A DNA stretch of 64,000 nt from NCBI GenBank assembly GCA_009103225.1, contig RHPI01000890.1:33630-97629 (forward strand). Reading direction: 5' to 3'. The DNA comes from Chlorokybus atmophyticus. Taxonomy: Eukaryota > Plantae > Mesostigma and Chlorokybus algae. The notes beneath the pieces are model-generated. The model did no database searches and was not told where the DNA came from. It saw nothing but the letters and a program-made list of their open reading frames with translations. The translations under genes were made by a program, and so were the position numbers. Shown one piece after another: positions 61,301-64,000 of this stretch (position 1 is the first letter of the stretch; each line of letters opens with the position of its first letter).

Positions 61301-62800
61301 ACGCGCACATCCCCTATCTTTATTTACTGGCCCTATCAACTGACAAATCAGATGCAAAGGGGTCTTGTGCATGTGCTCGTGCATGCTCGTGTGTGTGCAT
61401 ACACGCGTGTGCGTCCATGTGTGTGCCCGTGCGCGTGCACGCGTGTGCGTGCATCTGATACCAATAAGCTTCTCTCTTGCGCAGCCCAGTCAGCCAGCTG
61501 AGGGCCGCTTACGCGCCTTCCAGCGTCAGCAGCTCGAACAGCACAACAAACGTGTGTAACACTATCGGTGACACTCACATCTGCACACACAATATAGACC
61601 AACATAGTCACCTTTCGCCATGCGCAGGTCGCTTCCGATCCGAATCAGGACGTCACGTAGTCTAGGCTCATACTACGAGTTGAGAGAATCCCCGGGGGCC
61701 CTGCATGCACATTCTCTCTTCTTCTCAGACAGTGCTTGTCAATACACAAGTGTGCCTAGCACCCACTTTTGCTACCAAACCAGGAGCAGCGTTCCATGCC
61801 GTCAACCTGGAAGCACAGTGCCGGCGGCTAGTTGTTGATGCGATTGTTGTGGCTGATCTTTTCTCCCAGTTGTATCTTGCTCTTCTCCTGCACGTTTTGG
61901 GCGTCGGCTGCTGTCGCTGCTGTTTGCAGCAGTCTGATTGACCGCGACAGCAGTCCGCAGCATGCGCCTCTGCAAGACTAGCATACACATCTGACAACAG
62001 ATTTACCACTGGTGCAGCTGTCTTGCTTTGCGTGTCTACTCTCTCGGTTTGCATGTCGCTTCGCATTGACTCGGCACCAAGCTGAAGGGACTAGCAGCGC
62101 TGCCACAACTAGTCAGCAGTTGTTGTGGGCGTGCATGCTTCACAGATTTGCATACAGTTCGCACCAACGGGCTGTAACATCCCAAAGCAGCTTACTCTTA
62201 CTTGATAAACAACCGTTGCAGCGCACAAGGGGGGGGGGGGGGGGGGGNNNNNNNNNNNNNNNNNNNNNNNNNNNNNNNNNNNNNNNNNNNNNNNNNNNNN
62301 NNNNNNNNNNNNNNNNNNNNNNNNNNNNNNNNNNNNNNNNNNNNNNNNNNNNNNNNNNNNNNNNNNNNNNNNNNNNNNNNNNNNNNNNNNNNNNNNNNNN
62401 NNNNNNNNNNNNNNNNNNNNNNNNNNNNNNNNNNNNNNNNNNNNNNNNNNNNNNNNNNNNNNNNNNNNNNNNNNNNNNNNNNNNNNNNNNNNNNNNNNNN
62501 NNNNNNNNNNNNNNNNNNNNNNNNNNNNNNNNNNNNNNNNNNNNNNNNNNNNNNNNNNNNNNNNNNNNNNNNNNNNNNNNNNNNNNNNNNNNNNNNNNNN
62601 NNNNNNNNNNNNNNNNNNNNNNNNNNNNNNNNNNNNNNNNNNNNNNNNNNNNNNNNNNNNNNNNNNNNNNNNNNNNNNNNNNNNNNNNNNNNNNNNNNNG
62701 GGGGGGGGCGCAACAAGAGATGCATCAGCCACAGCCGTCACCGCCGCCGCCGCTGCCACCGTGACAACGTCGTGGTGTCCGGCAGCCTCTGCTGGGGGAG
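58400..62800 (-). CDS. Probable multi-exon gene, product not recognised, spanning the assembly gap
   Basis: Exon-like segments (TVCDIYELGDDGVVPSEYKGEIIFTYFACCPLLEHL; VVNLLSDVYASLAEAHAADCC) between (CA)n/TGCATG-rich intron-like tracts. Confidence 0.3.
62248..62699. other. Assembly gap (452 N) flanked by poly-G runs
   Basis: N run with G tracts at 62229-62247 and 62700-62708. Confidence 1.
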
Positions 62801-64000
62801 AGAGGGCGGGGCATAGGAGCTCTGTTCCTCTCTAACGCGCAACCTTAGGCTGTGTGGCGGCGGCCGAGGAAGGAGGGAGAGAGGGGTTCGGAGGTTGACG
62901 TGGGTTGGGAGGAGGACGGGAGAGAGACAAGCGGGCAGGCTCTGCCCCTTCTCCTGAAGAGCGCCGCTGGGCACAGCCACGCGGGCAACCCTGCCAATGG
63001 TGTGGTGGGGCGTCTGATGACGCTGACGCGCAGGGTGAGTGTGCTGCTGGTCTCGAGCACACGCATGCATGCATGCATGCATGCATGCGTGTTTTTGCGC
63101 TTTACCGATTGAACAGCGCCCTGAAGGAGCCCTTGTTTTTTCGCACATAGCGCGCACACACACACACACACAGCCAAATTCACGCCAAAGGTATTGCGCG
63201 ATTTTTTGGTCCAACTTGACTGTCGCTGTGCTTGTCATGTGACTGAGGGCACTTGCCCCAGATGGTTGACGCTGATTTCAACAATTCTGTTATTGCCTAT
63301 CCACGGCAAATCCAATGACCAAATTATGGTCCTGATGCTGGTGACTGGCATCTCTTCTTGCACGTGCTTACGTGCCCTTTACCGCTGTCAAGTTGATGTA
63401 AAAGGTCCTTATTTTTGATCCATGTTCATCGCGCAACTTGCTGCGTTTATTAAAGTTCCTTGTTCGCTTTAGGTGCCACCACCGTCTAGCAAGAGACGTT
63501 TCTTAGCAAGTGTCCAAGTGTTTTGCACACTGCTGAAAGTAACTAAGTAACTAAGTTCTTTGTTTTGCCAGGTAGGTTTGCGTTGATGCCAAGGCAAAGC
63601 TTGCCACTTGAACCTCAAGGCAAAACATTGTTCTAGAAGGTACAGTGCTCCGAAGCTGTGTTGTTGTTGTTATGGACAAGTTTCGGGTCCACAGCACGAT
63701 TGAAGTTGCGGCGGTTCAACTGTGTTTGGGGTGAGTGCACACCCAGTGGGTATGCGGCATGCAGGTAGGTTGCAGTAGCGGTTGGTTGCTGTGTTAGGTA
63801 TGGTTGCCAGCAAAGTGTTAGCATAGCAGCGTTGATGGTGACTAAGCTGTAGCTGTGCATGCTCAGATTGAGTGCATGCACAACTAAAACACGTAGCTTC
63901 AGTATAGCGGTAGCCTACCGCTATACTGAAGCTTGAAGACGGTCTATAGGGCACGGATGGATGTTGTTATTTTCATCGCGATGTAACATTGTCCTACCTC

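Noticed and set aside
62012-62816. Long ORFs and a G-quadruplex across the poly-G region
   Set aside because: The ORFs are artefacts of the N gap; true G-run length is unknown and may be a sequencing artefact.

Overview
Eukaryotic genomic window with spliceosomal introns. Plant-type LKR/SDH, MRS2 and makorin genes suggest a green alga, possibly an early streptophyte (inference). About 1-33.1 kb and 36.8-43.1 kb are nested transposon islands; the rest is intron-rich host genes. The islands hold several Ty1/copia elements with a half-tRNA-type PBS, a solo LTR and a 534-bp TRIM with tRNA-like Pol III boxes. A Plavaka-type DNA transposase lies next to a Tudor-domain/phage-like C5 DNA methyltransferase gene. 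Inserted in that transposase is a 16.6-kb Ty3/gypsy element whose pol carries a C5 DNA methyltransferase between protease and RT and a PHD finger after the integrase. This gypsy family shows two striking structural features. First, its terminal repeats are permuted (B-ORFs-A-B-A), yet it has a DDE integrase and a clean 4-bp TSD, with ends at an internal CA-GC-TG palindrome. Second, a 15-nt transcript-start/PBS complementarity covaries across three family members, pointing to tRNA-independent self-priming. All calls come from reading the sequence; no database searches were run.
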